Source: Hyaloraphidium curvatum SAG 235-1
Taxonomy: Eukaryota > Fungi > Monoblepharomycota
Assembly: GCA_025558095.1 (NCBI GenBank)
Contig: JAIVFI010000036.1
Coordinates: 248,001 to 312,000, forward strand
Direction of reading: 5' to 3'
Length of the DNA stretch: 64,000 nucleotides
Shown: piece after piece, positions 12,930-24,534 of the stretch
Position numbering within the stretch: the stretch's first letter is position 1
Layout of the letters: every line of letters starts with the position of its first letter
Translations under genes and position numbers: made by a program
The notes under the pieces: generated by a model
Told to the model about the DNA's origin: nothing
Databases searched by the model: none
What the model saw: the letters and a program-made list of their open reading frames with translations, nothing else

Positions 12930-13997
12930 CTAGGCCTTAGCTTCCGCCCGTGCCCTGACCGCCTCCTCGAGCCCTCCCCAGAACGCTTCCGCGTGTGCCG
13001 TTTGAAACAAGCTGGGTCGAAGCAGCACAGAAAAGTGCTTGAGCCTCGGCAATCTGAAGAGGATCGCCCGTATCTCATCCTGGTCCAGCAGATCTGCGTC
13101 CGAAGGCACCATGTCGACTAGGCGGAGGTTCTCAAGCGAAGGAGGCAGCTCGTGCAGCAGCGCAATGAACGCATGTCGCAACTCGATGGTGAGGGAGCGA
13201 AGGCTGCGCATGCCGGTGACAGATTCCAGCCATTCGAAAACACATCGCCCCTGCTGCGAGTCCACAAACACGTGCAGCTCGACCAAGGCAAGGTCGTTGT
13301 CCTTCACGAGGGCTTCCACGAAAGGATACGGCGCCGTGAGCGAGACCATGTGTTCGGCAGCGTACTTTGGCAGGGGCGCATTGGGAAGCCGGTAGCCTCG
13401 CCATCCCGGTCCTGATTCATCTTGGACGCGGAGGGACAAGCCGAGCTCCGGGTGATGCAAGCGAGCGAGGAACTTCAAAACTCCCGTCCACGAGTCGCAG
13501 GCGTCGATTTCAAGGATCAAGTTGGTGACATTTGGTGGCAGAACGATCTCGGCGAGGGCGTCCGCGCAGCCGGCGTTGCAGTCGAGCCCGAGATGGCGGA
13601 GGTTCGAGGCCAGCGCGATGGCCCTGGCTACGGGGTGGGCACCAGGACTTCCAATCTGCAGCAGCAGGATGACCAGGTTGGGCGCGACGATCTCCAGAAG
13701 CCTGTAGCGGAGCCGATTCTTGCTTTCGGCCCCGAAGGGGCAGACGAACCGCCGCACGGCAGCCGCGCACTCGACGCCGTGGCCGTGTCCCGACGTGAGA
13801 AAGTCCAGCTGCGCGGCCTTTGGGTCGCGGATCTCGCTTTACAGCCGGGGGACCGCGAGCGAGCGGAGTCTGCGGCACGCGGCGCCCAGCCGCGAGAGCG
13901 CGCGCAGACCGCCCGCCGCGACAATGTAGTCGGCGATGGCTTCAAAAATCTCCGGCGGCACGTCTTCCAGCGCCGGCGGGGGCTCGGCGGCGGACAT
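12930..13997 (-). pseudogene. F-box/LRR-like gene with an in-frame TAA
   Basis: MSAAEPPPALEDVPPEIFEAIADYIVAAGGLRALSRLGAACRRL (F-box-like, paralog of 15814-17100) is interrupted by TAA at 13839-13841 (PRL*SEIRDP), then continues in frame into ORF 12930-13757. Confidence 0.7.
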
Positions 13998-14070
13998 GAT
14001 TGATGGTTGGTTGCACGTGCCCCGCGTCCCTTTGTTGACCGCTCCTCGTCACTCACCCCGGTCGTCAGCA

Positions 14071-15702
14071 ATGCCGCCGAAGCGGAGGAAGAGGACGGCA
14101 AAGAGCAACGCCGTGGTTGAGCGACCGGCCGTAGCAGCCGCAGGATCGCTGCCGGGCGACGGGACCGCGGTCGCGTCGCACCGGCTCCCCGCCGAGGTCG
14201 TGTCTCTCATTCTCACGTGGGCCTCCTTCGCGTACGACGCGCTCTGCGCTCATCTTGGCTCGCCAGCTTCGCGTACCCGCCCTGCTTGTTCGTCCCTTCC
14301 GCCGGCGCCCCGTCCGTCCGCCCCTTTGGCTTCTTCGACCATGACGAGGCGGTCTGCAACTGCCGCGCCGACAGGAAGAAGGTGTTTCCGCTGCTCGCGC
14401 TGGACTCGGCCTGGTTCGCTGCCGCCGCATCGCGCATCTACTCGCATCTGGACCCCGCGAGCTGGACCTCGGACCGCTCCCTGTTGCCGACACTGCAGTC
14501 GGACGCCGCCCTGCGCTACCTGCCCCTCGTTCGGCGGATCTCCCTCAGGCTCGGACCGAATCACATCGTTAACGAAGCGCAGCTCGCCCCCCTCCTGTCG
14601 CTCATCCCGCGGCTTCCCAACCTGACTCACTTTGACAACACCACATCCGTCGTCGTGCCGGTCTTCGACGCTCTTGAAGCTCCGCTCTTCAACGCCGTCC
14701 GCCCGTGCCCCATCCGCTGCGCCACGCTGCAGTTCCACCAGAACTATTACCCCGCCGCGGAAACCGCCCTGCGCACGTGGAGGGACCTCGACGACCTGAG
14801 CATCGATCTCCACGGACCTTCGTGGATGGATCAGAACAAAGCGCTTTTTGATCTCCCGGCCGCATTGGTGGATTACGCATGGATTTCCAGGCTGAATTGC
14901 CTCCGATTGGACAGTGGCGTCCGGCTTCTGGACTCTGCCGCTCTGCCCAAGCTCGCGCCCTTGCTCACCAATCTGGCCAGCTTGGAAGTCCACGGCAAGT
15001 ACGACATGATGCACGGACGGCCTCGCTGCCTCGCCGGGCCCGTCCGGTCAACAGACGATGCCGCGCTCCGGACCCTGGCCTCGTCGCCCCACCTCCAACA
15101 GCTCGTCCTGTACGGATTCCCCGAGAGTGCGCTGGACGGGATCGTATCGAGAAAGATGAGGAAGCTCGAGCTGCACGCGATCAGGCTGAAGGATGCGGCG
15201 GTCATGTCGCGGTTCGCCGGCATCCTCCATGGATGTTCGGACCTCATGGAGTTCGACCTTTCCGAGTGCGATCTCCAGCCCGTGGGTCCTTTCTTCTCCT
15301 TCGCTGTCTTCGAAGTTGACCGTTGTCCATCGCCAGGAGTCGGAGTTCTGGCTGATGTTTCCCCTTGCCGTCACCCACTTCGGCATGCCTGCCGCGCTCG
15401 GCGAGCCGGTCGGCTTCGAAATGCTCTACGAGCTCCCGAACCTCGGCTCCTTGCGGGTCGGCGGACCGCCTGGCACAGTGCTCTCCGTGGCCTTCCTGAG
15501 ATTCCTTGAATCATCCAATATCGCCGTACTGGACCTGAACCTGTGCCTCAAGGATGGGGCTTTCCCGGACGACTTGCTGCAGACGCTGAAGAAGATGCCG
15601 AAGCTGGAGAAGGTGGTCCTTGCTAGGCACAGGAAGACCAGGAACGATTGGAAGCACAAGGTGAAGGGCGTGGAGGTCAAGATCGTGACCCACTATCGTT
15701 GA
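14071..15702 (+). CDS. F-box-like/LRR (RNI-like) protein
   Basis: HRLPAEVVSLIL F-box-like start, then LxxLxL repeats (LPNLTHF, LTNLASLEV, LQQLVL, MPKLEKV). Introns 14232-14266 and 15282-15336 join the frames. Confidence 0.65.
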
Positions 15703-15813
15703 GCTTCAGAGAATGCAATGCATTCATTCAGACTTGTAGAAAGCACTCGGTTTCAGGTAGCCTTTCCCTATACAGCCGGCACCGAAGAAAGCAGCTAATC
15801 ATGGTAACGTCCA

Positions 15814-17100
15814 CTACAGGTCTTCGTCATCCGCATCCGATGGCGGGTTGTAAACGAAAGGTCCATCGAGGTCATCGGCCGCCGACAAGGCGCCCGTGTT
15901 GACCTCTTCCGCGATATTGAACCATGCATGCTGCTCTTCGACTGGGATCCCGCGCGAGTTCTTGTACTCTCGAAACGTGCACGTGAACGACTTGAGCTTC
16001 GGAAGCGCCCGCAAAGCTCGACGGATGTCCGTGAACATGCCGGGGGGGGTGTTGCTGAAGAAGATCTCCTCCAGGTGCAGCTTTTCCACTGAAGGGGGAA
16101 TGTAGCGGAGGAACAATTCACTAGCCAACCGGACGATGGTAAGAGTCCGCAAGGAATTCAAGCTCCTGAAAGCGGTCCACCAGCTGTCGTAGTACGAAAA
16201 GTCCAAGCAGTCAATGAGCGTCAAGTGCCTGATCGAAAGGCCAGGCAGAGCAACAAAGGCCCCAAACGCAGTAGGAGGCACTTCCAAAGACGAGAAGAGC
16301 CCTGCCACACTCAAGGTCCCCGAAAGAGAATCCTGCGGCACGCGGTAGTCGTCCGGATCCAGCGAGAACACCTCGACCCGCAGCGCCCAGCTTTCAAGGT
16401 TCCTGGGGAACCGAGCGATAAAGCTCCAGAGCGCGGGCCATGAGCGTCGTATGCTACGGAAATCCAGTTCTACGCTCCGAACGCTGGCCGGCAGCTCGAT
16501 AGACGCGAGCTTATCCGCGATCCCATACTCAACGAGAAGCCTCAAACGTCGCAGGTTTGGAGACCGTGCGACGAGCTTCCAGAAGGCAGTCCAAGCGTCG
16601 CTACCGGCCCTGTAGTCAATCTCCACGGTAGGGATACTGGCCGGGATGTCGAGCTTGTCGAGCCAGCTGCATCCGTTCGCGCCAATGACCAGCCTGAAGC
16701 GGCGCAGGTTCTCCGCGCGAACGAGGGCCCGCCCAATATGAGACCCAGTGTAAGTGGTCAAGGGCATGTCGAGCTCGACGAGGTTGGGCGCGGTGAGCTT
16801 GAGGAGCGAGAAACGAAGCCGTTTGAGGTCCTTGGGGCCAGGCCGCGAGATCGACAGGCTTCGCACCGACGCCGCGCACTCGGCGCCGGCTTTCCTCAAA
16901 AGAAACTTTGTCTGCGCGCTGCCTGGGTCCTGGACGGCCCGGTGGAGCAGGCGTAGCATAAGTGCACTGACACGGCGGCAGGTCCTCCCGAGGCGCGACA
17001 GGCCCCGCAGCCCTCCCGAGGACGCGACATAGTCGGCAACGGCTGTAATGAGCTCAACCGGGAGGTCCAAGAGCGTCAGCGCGGCCTCAACGGCGGCCAT
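15814..17100 (-). CDS. F-box/LRR-like protein, intronless
   Basis: LTLLDLPVELITAVADY...LSRLGRTCRR F-box motif followed by NLVELDM, NLRRFRL, NLRRLRL, SLRTLTI repeats. Confidence 0.75.
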   Translation of the reverse strand: MAAVEAALTLLDLPVELITAVADYVASSGGLRGLSRLGRTCRRVSALMLRLLHRAVQDPGSAQTKFLLRKAGAECAASVRSLSISRPGPKDLKRLRFSLLKLTAPNLVELDMPLTTYTGSHIGRALVRAENLRRFRLVIGANGCSWLDKLDIPASIPTVEIDYRAGSDAWTAFWKLVARSPNLRRLRLLVEYGIADKLASIELPASVRSVELDFRSIRRSWPALWSFIARFPRNLESWALRVEVFSLDPDDYRVPQDSLSGTLSVAGLFSSLEVPPTAFGAFVALPGLSIRHLTLIDCLDFSYYDSWWTAFRSLNSLRTLTIVRLASELFLRYIPPSVEKLHLEEIFFSNTPPGMFTDIRRALRALPKLKSFTCTFREYKNSRGIPVEEQHAWFNIAEEVNTGALSAADDLDGPFVYNPPSDADDEDL

Positions 17101-17265
17101 GATGTGGGCGCTTGGAGCCGCTCGTCCGAAACCGCTGAGCTGTCACAGCTCGATCGATCAAAGCGACGCTTGGAAGAACACTTGCAACCAATCGACGTAA
17201 TGAAAACACCGAAATGAGATGAACGAGGTTGCCAGCGACTGTTTCAGGCATGCAGTTTGTCGCCA

Positions 17266-18449
17266 CTACAGTTTTCCTCTGTGCATATCCTCGGCCAGAA
17301 GGTTCACCTGTTCCTCGATCCCCTTGCGAAAAGGTCCTAGCCCCGTATGCCTCGGCTTCCAGCCCATTTTTGGGCCTCGGACTGCTTTGCAGCGAGCTGT
17401 GGAGGCGTGGGCTGAGTGACTACGTCGACCCAGGGAGAACGTAAAGCGACCCACCGTTCGAGCCCCAAACCGTCGCCCCGCCGACGTTGCGCAGGTTCTT
17501 CTTCACTTCGTCCGGCGTGAACTCTCCGCACGCAACGTCCTTGCCGGTCCTCGTCTTGACCGCATCCGCCACCGCCTTCGCCACGTCCGCGAACGATGCC
17601 TCGCCCGTCTCGCCAAAGTAATAGCCTCCCCACGCCGGCCCTTCCGGGCGGGCGACCAGCAAGACGTAAAGGTCCGCGAGATCCGACACGTGCACGACTC
17701 CCCAGGCGGGTCGCCCGGTCCCGACGAAGCCGGCCTTGCCGGAGCGGAGGGCCGAGAGAACCAAAGGCGCAGTGAAGAAGTTCTCCACCTTGAACTTGCC
17801 ACGCGAGGTGCCGTCTGAAGGTATGAAGCGTCAGCTGCCAGTTTTCCACCCTGAATTGATGCCAGCAGGCTCAACCCACAGACGATCGACGGGATTACGA
17901 TCCGAGTCCGGACCTTGCCCTTCTCGCCGGCCTTCTTGACCTCGATGTCCACGTTACGGTGAAGCGCAGAGTCGGGCAGGGCGTCGATGCCGGCAGGATC
18001 GTCGTCTGAATAGACCTTGTCCGAGAGGGAAGCCCCGCGTGCTCGGTCGATGAGAACCCCGGTTCCCGATGTCTGGAAGGCATGCCGGTTTCATTGCGAG
18101 AAAGTTCCAAGGGGGAAATATCACCCACGTGAATGTAGAGGGGAGGAACTTGGGTGCGTGCGGAGCGCGCCTCGGCGCCGGCGAGCAACGCTCGACACGA
18201 GGGCAGATGGTCGGACGCGTCCGCGGTGTGGACGACCACGTCGGCGGCCTCGGCTTCGCGCTGGAGAAGCGCAGCATCGTCCAGGTCCCCCACGACCGCC
18301 CGCAAGCCCATGCGCTCAAAGGCCGCCGCGCGGTCCTTCCCGCGGACGAGCACGGAGATGTCGAACTTTGGCGCGTCGGCGTCCAGTAGGCGCGCGAGAA
18401 CCGCGCCGCCAATGTAGCCCGTCGCGCCAGTGAGGAAAAGCGACGGCAT
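17266..18449 (-). CDS. NAD(P)-dependent epimerase/dehydratase (atypical SDR)
   Basis: After three introns: LFLTGATGYIGG, VVHTA, YIHTSGTG, PSIVYG, VHVSDLADLY, GSNARCKAVRGPKMGWKP; ends RGKL*. Confidence 0.85.
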
Positions 18450-18758
18450 TTTCCCGAGTCGGAGAAAGTGCGCAGGAGGCGGGGAGACGGGAGACAACAG
18501 CGAACCTGGCCACCACTCTCCACCGTCGCGAACGGTCACCCATACACATCGGCTACTGCCGTCCTTCAGACGTTGGTCAGTCTACATTGAAGGTGGATAC
18601 CTAGAGGATGGTTGCACGAGCCTTTCGCCATCGATTCCCCTCCATTCCACTTGCCAAGTCGGGTAGAGCACAGCCACGCTTGCTGACCCGCATCCCCCTC
18701 CACCGCATCGCGGCCACCGCGGCGTTCGGCGGGCCAGATCCCGCTCATAGGTGCCGCC

Positions 18759-19596
18759 ATGCTGCCGATTACCCTCCTGGCGGCCCTGCCGCTGCTCCTC
18801 CTTGCCGCGCCGGCCGGCGCGCAGGCTCCCCAAACCCCCGCCTGCTACCAGGCTCCTTCGAGCAATGTGACCCTCACATCGTACTGGATCCCCATCGAGG
18901 GGTCGGTGGACGACAATGGGCCGCTGGACGGTCCGCGCACGGTGGTCCTGAACGAGTGCGTGACCAACCGGACGATCGAACTCGTCGCCAACGAGACCTA
19001 CCGCAAGTGCCACCTGGAGGGCACCTGCCGGCTCCAGAGCGGCGAGCTGGTCAACTTGGGACCCAGTCCCGACCCGAAGAACAACCCCTGCTTCGTCGTG
19101 CTCGGGCCCAACGAGCCCTACGGGCACGGATCAAAGTCAAATCCTCTTGTTCCTTGGATCTCGGTCGCGACGAACGATCTGCCTTTCGGGACCGTCCTGT
19201 ACGTCCCGCGTCTGAACGGGACGGTGGTACCCGGGTCCGGGGGAAAACGGCACAACGGGTGCCTCCGCGTGGATGACGTTGGCTGGTCGTTTGACGGCTG
19301 CCACGTTGACATCTTTGTTTTGAGGTGAGGCTCACCGATAATTGCAGGTCCTCCCGGCTCGTTCCTGACGTGAACACCTACTCAGCTTCGCAAACTACGT
19401 CAACGTGACGTCGAAGCTCCAGCAAAAGCAGGCCATCCGGGTCTCTAACGCCACGGCGTGCCCGCTCCAGGACTACGTCGGATTCACCGGCGATTGGTTC
19501 TACAACGCCAAGCTGTCCGGATCGGATCGGAGACGGACGGGGATGCCGGCGATATTGGCTCTGCTGCCGGCCCTGCTCGCAGCCTTCGCACTGTAG
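18759..19596 (+). CDS. Secreted 3D (Asp-Asp-Asp)-domain-like protein with a hydrophobic C-terminus
   Basis: Signal peptide MLPITLLAALPLLLLAAPAGA; PWISVATNDLPFGTVLYVP...GCLRVDDVG...HVDIFV (3D/MltA-like pattern); intron 19325-19386; C-terminal ILALLPALLAAFAL. Confidence 0.7.
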
Positions 19597-19629
19597 AGTG
19601 CCCCGCAATCCATTCCGTGCACAAAGACA

Positions 19630-22600
19630 TCAGTCCCAACCCTCGCCCAACCCCTTCCTCGGCCGTACCACCGGCGCCTCGTCCTCGCTCTCCCCCTCCT
19701 CCATGCTCCTGAGCCTGACCGCGGGGGCGGCGCCCCACACCTCCCTCTTGGAGCTCCCCTTGCGGTCGTCGAACGTGACGGGCACCTTGCCCACCATCTG
19801 ATAGTCCCCCGACAGCACGTCGAACGAATCGCCCAGCAGGTCCCGCATCGCCGCCTCGTACGACTGCTCCGCCTTGCTCGGCCGCGGCGGGCTCTCCCCC
19901 CCTCCGCCCTCCTCGTCGCTCTCCGCCTCGACGTAGACGACCCTCCCCTCCCTCTCCTCCCGCTCCTTGCGCTTCCCGCCCCCGCCCTCGGCCTCCACCA
20001 CCTCCCTGATCCACTCGGCGTCCACGCCCCCGCCGTCCGCCGCCGCGTCCGCCTCCCCCGCCTCAATCGCCTTGTACCGCTCCTCCACGAAGCGCCGGTG
20101 CTCCTGCACCGTCTTGCGGATCCGCAGCACGGCCCCTAGGATCGTGCTCGGCGGGCCCGGGGAGGGCTCCCTGTCGCGGCCGCGGCGGCGGGGCGGGGGT
20201 GGGGGGGACTCGCCGTCGGATCCGTACCGCGTGTGTCGGCCGCGGGGGCGGGCGCGGTCCCGCGCCGCGCGGTGCTGCGCGGCGTAGCGGGATTGGATGA
20301 TCAGGCGGAGGAGGTCGTGCGCGTTGCCGAACTCGCGGCGGACAGAGGCGTACTGGAAAGAGCCGCGGGTGACGTCGTTGGCTGGAATCGGAGGCCGCCG
20401 TCAGCGCCCATCGTTGCGATGCACGAAGGCAATTCAACCCACAGGCATCCAGGGGATCGGCGACGCTGATCCCCCCGCCACGACCTCCTCGACGCTGGTA
20501 GTAGTACCCCTGCCCGTCGGCGTCGAGCCCGATCCCCACGGTTGAGTGGGACAGGTTCTTGCCGTACAGCTCCAGAAAGTCCATGAACAGGGTACCCAGG
20601 CTCGCCGACGGGTCGACGATGCCGGCCTGGAGGAGCGGGTGGAGCTGTCGGGCAAGCGATAAGGTCCAACGGTCATGGTACCGATCGAGACGCCGACACC
20701 CACCGCGAGAAAATTGGCAATCATGATGACGAGCCCGTAGCTCCCCAACCCGCCCGAAAACACCTCGTTCAGGTCCCTCTGCAGCAGGAACTGCTTCATG
20801 ATGGCCATCAACCCCCTCAGCGCGGCGCCGTTGGGCCCCGCCAGCATCCCCTTGACCGCGGCCGCCGAATCCACCCCCGACCCCATGTTGAACGAGATGT
20901 CGGCCCGGAAGAGGGTCAGCGCGTCGACGCACTTGATGATGGGCACCCTCGCCGACGCGATCACCTCGACCTCCCTGCACACCCCTTGGCGGAGCGCGCG
21001 GGCGAGCTGGTCCAAACACGCCGGCGGGCGCGCCGAGGGCTCGAAGACGACGAGGTCCACGTCGGACGAGGGGAGGTACATCCGCGTCTCGAAGGAGCCG
21101 AAGACGGCGACCTCCGCGTTGGGCCAGACGGAGCGGACGGCGCGCGCGACGCGCTCCACGACCGTGCCGCGCATCGCGTGCTCCCACGGGCGGGGGGAGA
21201 TGTAGTCGACAAAGGCGGAGCATTCCGCGTTGAAAAAGTCCATGGGGTGCGCATCGGGGGGGACGGGGAGGCCGCCTTCGGGGATCCAGGGGGGGATCGG
21301 GAGGGCCATGAGCGGGGAGACGGCGACGCCGGCGACGCCGTGGGGGAGGGGGCGCGAGCCGGCGGCGGTGGGAGGCGGGCGATACCGCTCCTTGCGGGGT
21401 TTGGGCGACTCCTCGCGGTCCGAGGCCGCGCCGAGGGGGATGAAGTCCTCGTCGGCGCCGGGGGAGGTGTGACGGGGGCGCTTGCGGGAGCGCAGGTTGG
21501 AGAGGTCCGTGTACGCGTCCCGTTCGGGGTCCTCGGGGAGATCGGAGACGTCGACGAGGTAGTCGGACGCGGCGCGGCTGCCGTCATCGGCCGTCCTTTC
21601 GGCTTCGTCGTCGTCCGAAAAGCTCATGTCCACGTCCTCAGCGGCATCGCCTGCCTGCGGCATCTCGGCGGCCGCGGCACCCCTCGATTCCCCATTCGTT
21701 GGCCGGCCCGACCCCGGGGCAGTAAAGAGTGGCTTCGAGGGATCCGGTTTCGGCAGCGCGGGCGGCTCGCCCAGCGACAGCGGCAAGTTCTCGTCTGGAG
21801 CGTGCGGCGGCGGTGCCGCGCTCTTTGACGACGGGAAGGTGAATGCAAAGCCGCCCTTTGCCTTGCGCACCACCGTGGGTCCGTTTGCCGAAGCAGGCCG
21901 CGCCTTGGGCGTCGCGACCTTTGGTGCCGGCGAAGGGGGACCGTCCTCGGGCGTCCCCTCCCCCGGCGTCGCCGCCCCGTCCTCGGCGGCCCCTTCCCCG
22001 CCGCCCTTTGCCTTTCTTCTCCGCTTCTTCTTGCGCCCGCTGGCCGACGACGCGAGGGAAGCCGGCGAGTCCGTCCTTTCGGGCGACGGCGTCGACGAGG
22101 GCACCACGAACACCCGCCCCTGGGCCGGCAGCGGCGGCGGCACCGATGCGCCGGGCAGCGGCACCACGCGCACGGCGTTGGGCGACGCCACGATTGTCGG
22201 CGGGTCCCGCCCGTCCTCCGAGTCGGACGACACCCTCAGCGGGACAAAGTCGCCCGGCGACGGGCCGGGCCGCGACGCCGCGGGCGCCTTTGCGGGCTCC
22301 TCCGCCTTGTTGTCCTCCTCGTCGTCGTCGACGAGGATCGCGGCGACGGTGCGCTGCGCGGCCCTCCCGCCGCGGCCCATCCTGAACGCCACGCGGTCGC
22401 CCGCCACGGCGCCGCGCGGGAACGTCGGGTACTCGTCGAGCGCCGCCGCGCCGCCCGCGTGCGCCGCCGACCCGCGCAGCGCGCCCAGCGACGACACGCG
22501 CGAGTCCTCCTCGTCCGACGAGATGGAGACGTGCGACGCCGGCGTGCTCCGGCCCGAGCCCCGCGCTCGCTTCCGCGGCAGCCCGATGAGTGCGCCCTCG

Positions 22601-22653
22601 GCGCCGAGCGTCCGCAGCAGGCCCGGCGAGGACCGGCCGGCCGGGGAGCCCAT
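19630..22653 (-). CDS. TRF4: Non-canonical poly(A) polymerase (Trf4/PAPD5 family)
   Basis: VFGSFETRMYLPSSDVDLV, ARVPIIK, ADISFN, QRDLNEVFSGGLGSY, LFMDFLELYG; long disordered N-terminus; two short introns. Confidence 0.92.
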
Positions 22654-22842
22654 CGCGGGTGGGCGAAAAGACGTGTTCAATGCGGCAAAGCAGCTGATCT
22701 CCTTCTCCCCTCCGCTCCCTTGCCCGGCTCTCGACGAGAAGCGACCGATCTGCCAAAGAAAAGAATGCATCTAATTCGCTCTTGCCGCACCCGCACGCTC
22801 CGGTTGCCCTCCTCTCCCTGGAACCTCCCCCCGCCGCGGTGC

Positions 22843-24264
22843 TCACGCCTCGATCCTCCCCGGCCTCTTCTTGTGGTGATCCGTGGCCTGCTGGTACGCG
22901 TGGCCCAGCCTGAGCAGCTCGGCTTCGCCAAAGTGGTGCCCGACGATCTGGAACGCAGCGGGCGCGCCGTTGTCGCCGAACCCGCCCGGCAGCACCATGC
23001 TCGGGTGCCCGCCAAAGTTGACCGGCCCCGTGAACCGCAGCGCGCCGAGGAGGAAGGCCGGATCGGCGAGCTTCGCCACGAAATCGGCCATCTTGATCGA
23101 GCCCAGGTTCCATGCGGGGAGCAGGATCCCGTCCAGGCCCTCGAGCACGGCGTCGAGCTCGCCGCGCCAGATCGGGCGGCGGATCCACGCCTTGGCGAGC
23201 TCGAACTTGTCCACCGCGTGGCCGGCCTCGAGCGGCGCCGACAGGCCCGGCCCGTACTCGTCCTTGCGGGAAGGGTACGTGTCGGCGTGGGCGACCGCGA
23301 CCTCGGCGCCGCAGAGCGTCGAGGCGTCGGCGATGGCGCGCTCCATCGGGGGCACCTTGACGTCGACGATCTCGATGCCGAGCTTGGCGAACGCCTCGGT
23401 GGCAGCTGCAACGATCCGCTGCATCGTCGCGTCCGAGTGCTCCGCCAGCAGCGCGCGGTCGATCCCCAGCCGCATCCCCGCGACGGGGTTGGCGATCTCG
23501 GCGAGGTAGTCCGGCACCGGCGCCCTCGCCGCCGCCGGGTCCTCGGGCGTCGCTCCCGCGATGATTCCCAGCACCGCCGCCGCGTCTTCTGCCGACCTCG
23601 CCATGGGGCCGATGGTGTCGAGGGACTCGGAGAGCGGGAACACGCCCGATTTCGGGACGCGGCCCCACGTCACCTTGAGCCCCGTGACGCCGTTCATCGA
23701 CGAAGGGAAGCGGATGGAGCCCAGCGTGTCCGAACCGAGGCTGGCGTAGCACAGGCCGGCGGCGGTCGCGACCCCCGAGCCGGAGCTCGACATGCCCGCG
23801 CACAGCTCCGGGTCCCACGGGTTGATCGGCGTCGCCACCTCGGGGTGGTGCAGGGCATACGCCCCCTCCGTCAGCTGCAACTTCCCAACAAGAACGCAGC
23901 CGGCGTCCTTGAGCCTGGCGACGACGGTGCTGTCCTTGTCCGCCTTCGGCATTCCGCGGCGCAGCGCCATCCCCGCCGCCGTCACCGTCCCCTCGACGTC
24001 GCACAGATCCTTGACGGCCACCGGCACCCCGTGCAGCGGCCCCCTGCCTTTGCCCTCCGCCAGCTCCCTGTCCGCCTGCTCGGCCTGCGCCAGCGCGAGG
24101 TCGGCGGTCACCGTCTCGTACGCGTGCAGCCGCGGGTCGAGCCGCGCGATGCGGGCGAGCAGGGCGCGGGTGGCGTCGAGGGAGGTGACTTCGCGGGCGG
24201 CGATGCGGCGGCCGAGCTCGACGGCGCCGAGGAAGGCGAGGTCGTCGGAGGCGGCGGTGGCCAT
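22843..24264 (-). CDS. Amidase-signature family enzyme, intronless
   Basis: GPLHGVPVAVKD, GMSSSGSG, SLGSDTLGSIRFPS (Ser-cisSer-Lys triad motifs), GLKVTWGRV, DTIGPMARS. Confidence 0.93.
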   Translation of the reverse strand: MATAASDDLAFLGAVELGRRIAAREVTSLDATRALLARIARLDPRLHAYETVTADLALAQAEQADRELAEGKGRGPLHGVPVAVKDLCDVEGTVTAAGMALRRGMPKADKDSTVVARLKDAGCVLVGKLQLTEGAYALHHPEVATPINPWDPELCAGMSSSGSGVATAAGLCYASLGSDTLGSIRFPSSMNGVTGLKVTWGRVPKSGVFPLSESLDTIGPMARSAEDAAAVLGIIAGATPEDPAAARAPVPDYLAEIANPVAGMRLGIDRALLAEHSDATMQRIVAAATEAFAKLGIEIVDVKVPPMERAIADASTLCGAEVAVAHADTYPSRKDEYGPGLSAPLEAGHAVDKFELAKAWIRRPIWRGELDAVLEGLDGILLPAWNLGSIKMADFVAKLADPAFLLGALRFTGPVNFGGHPSMVLPGGFGDNGAPAAFQIVGHHFGEAELLRLGHAYQQATDHHKKRPGRIEA

Positions 24265-24534
24265 GTCGGTGGGAGGCAGTGTTGGGCTTCTGGAGCACGA
24301 GAGTTCGAAGATGCCGTGATTTGGAACCGTAGAGATGGCGGAACAGCGCGTGTCCTGCTGCTTTGCTGCTTTGGAACGAGGAGACTGCTCTCAACGGGTG
24401 ACAGGCTGTCGGGTACTGCCGATCCGAGATCCGATGCCAGCAGTGATCGGTGGCGGCGGCGCAACAAACAAGTCGCGTCCGGCGCGAAGGACCTCTACGG
24501 GACCGCCAGCCACGCGGCCTCCGCAAGCGCAGCC

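Noticed and set aside
13839-13841. Stop-codon reassignment or selenocysteine recoding
   Set aside because: The codon is TAA, not TGA; TAA terminates other genes here (Hsp70, SDR copy 2, SGNH), and it is a single case.
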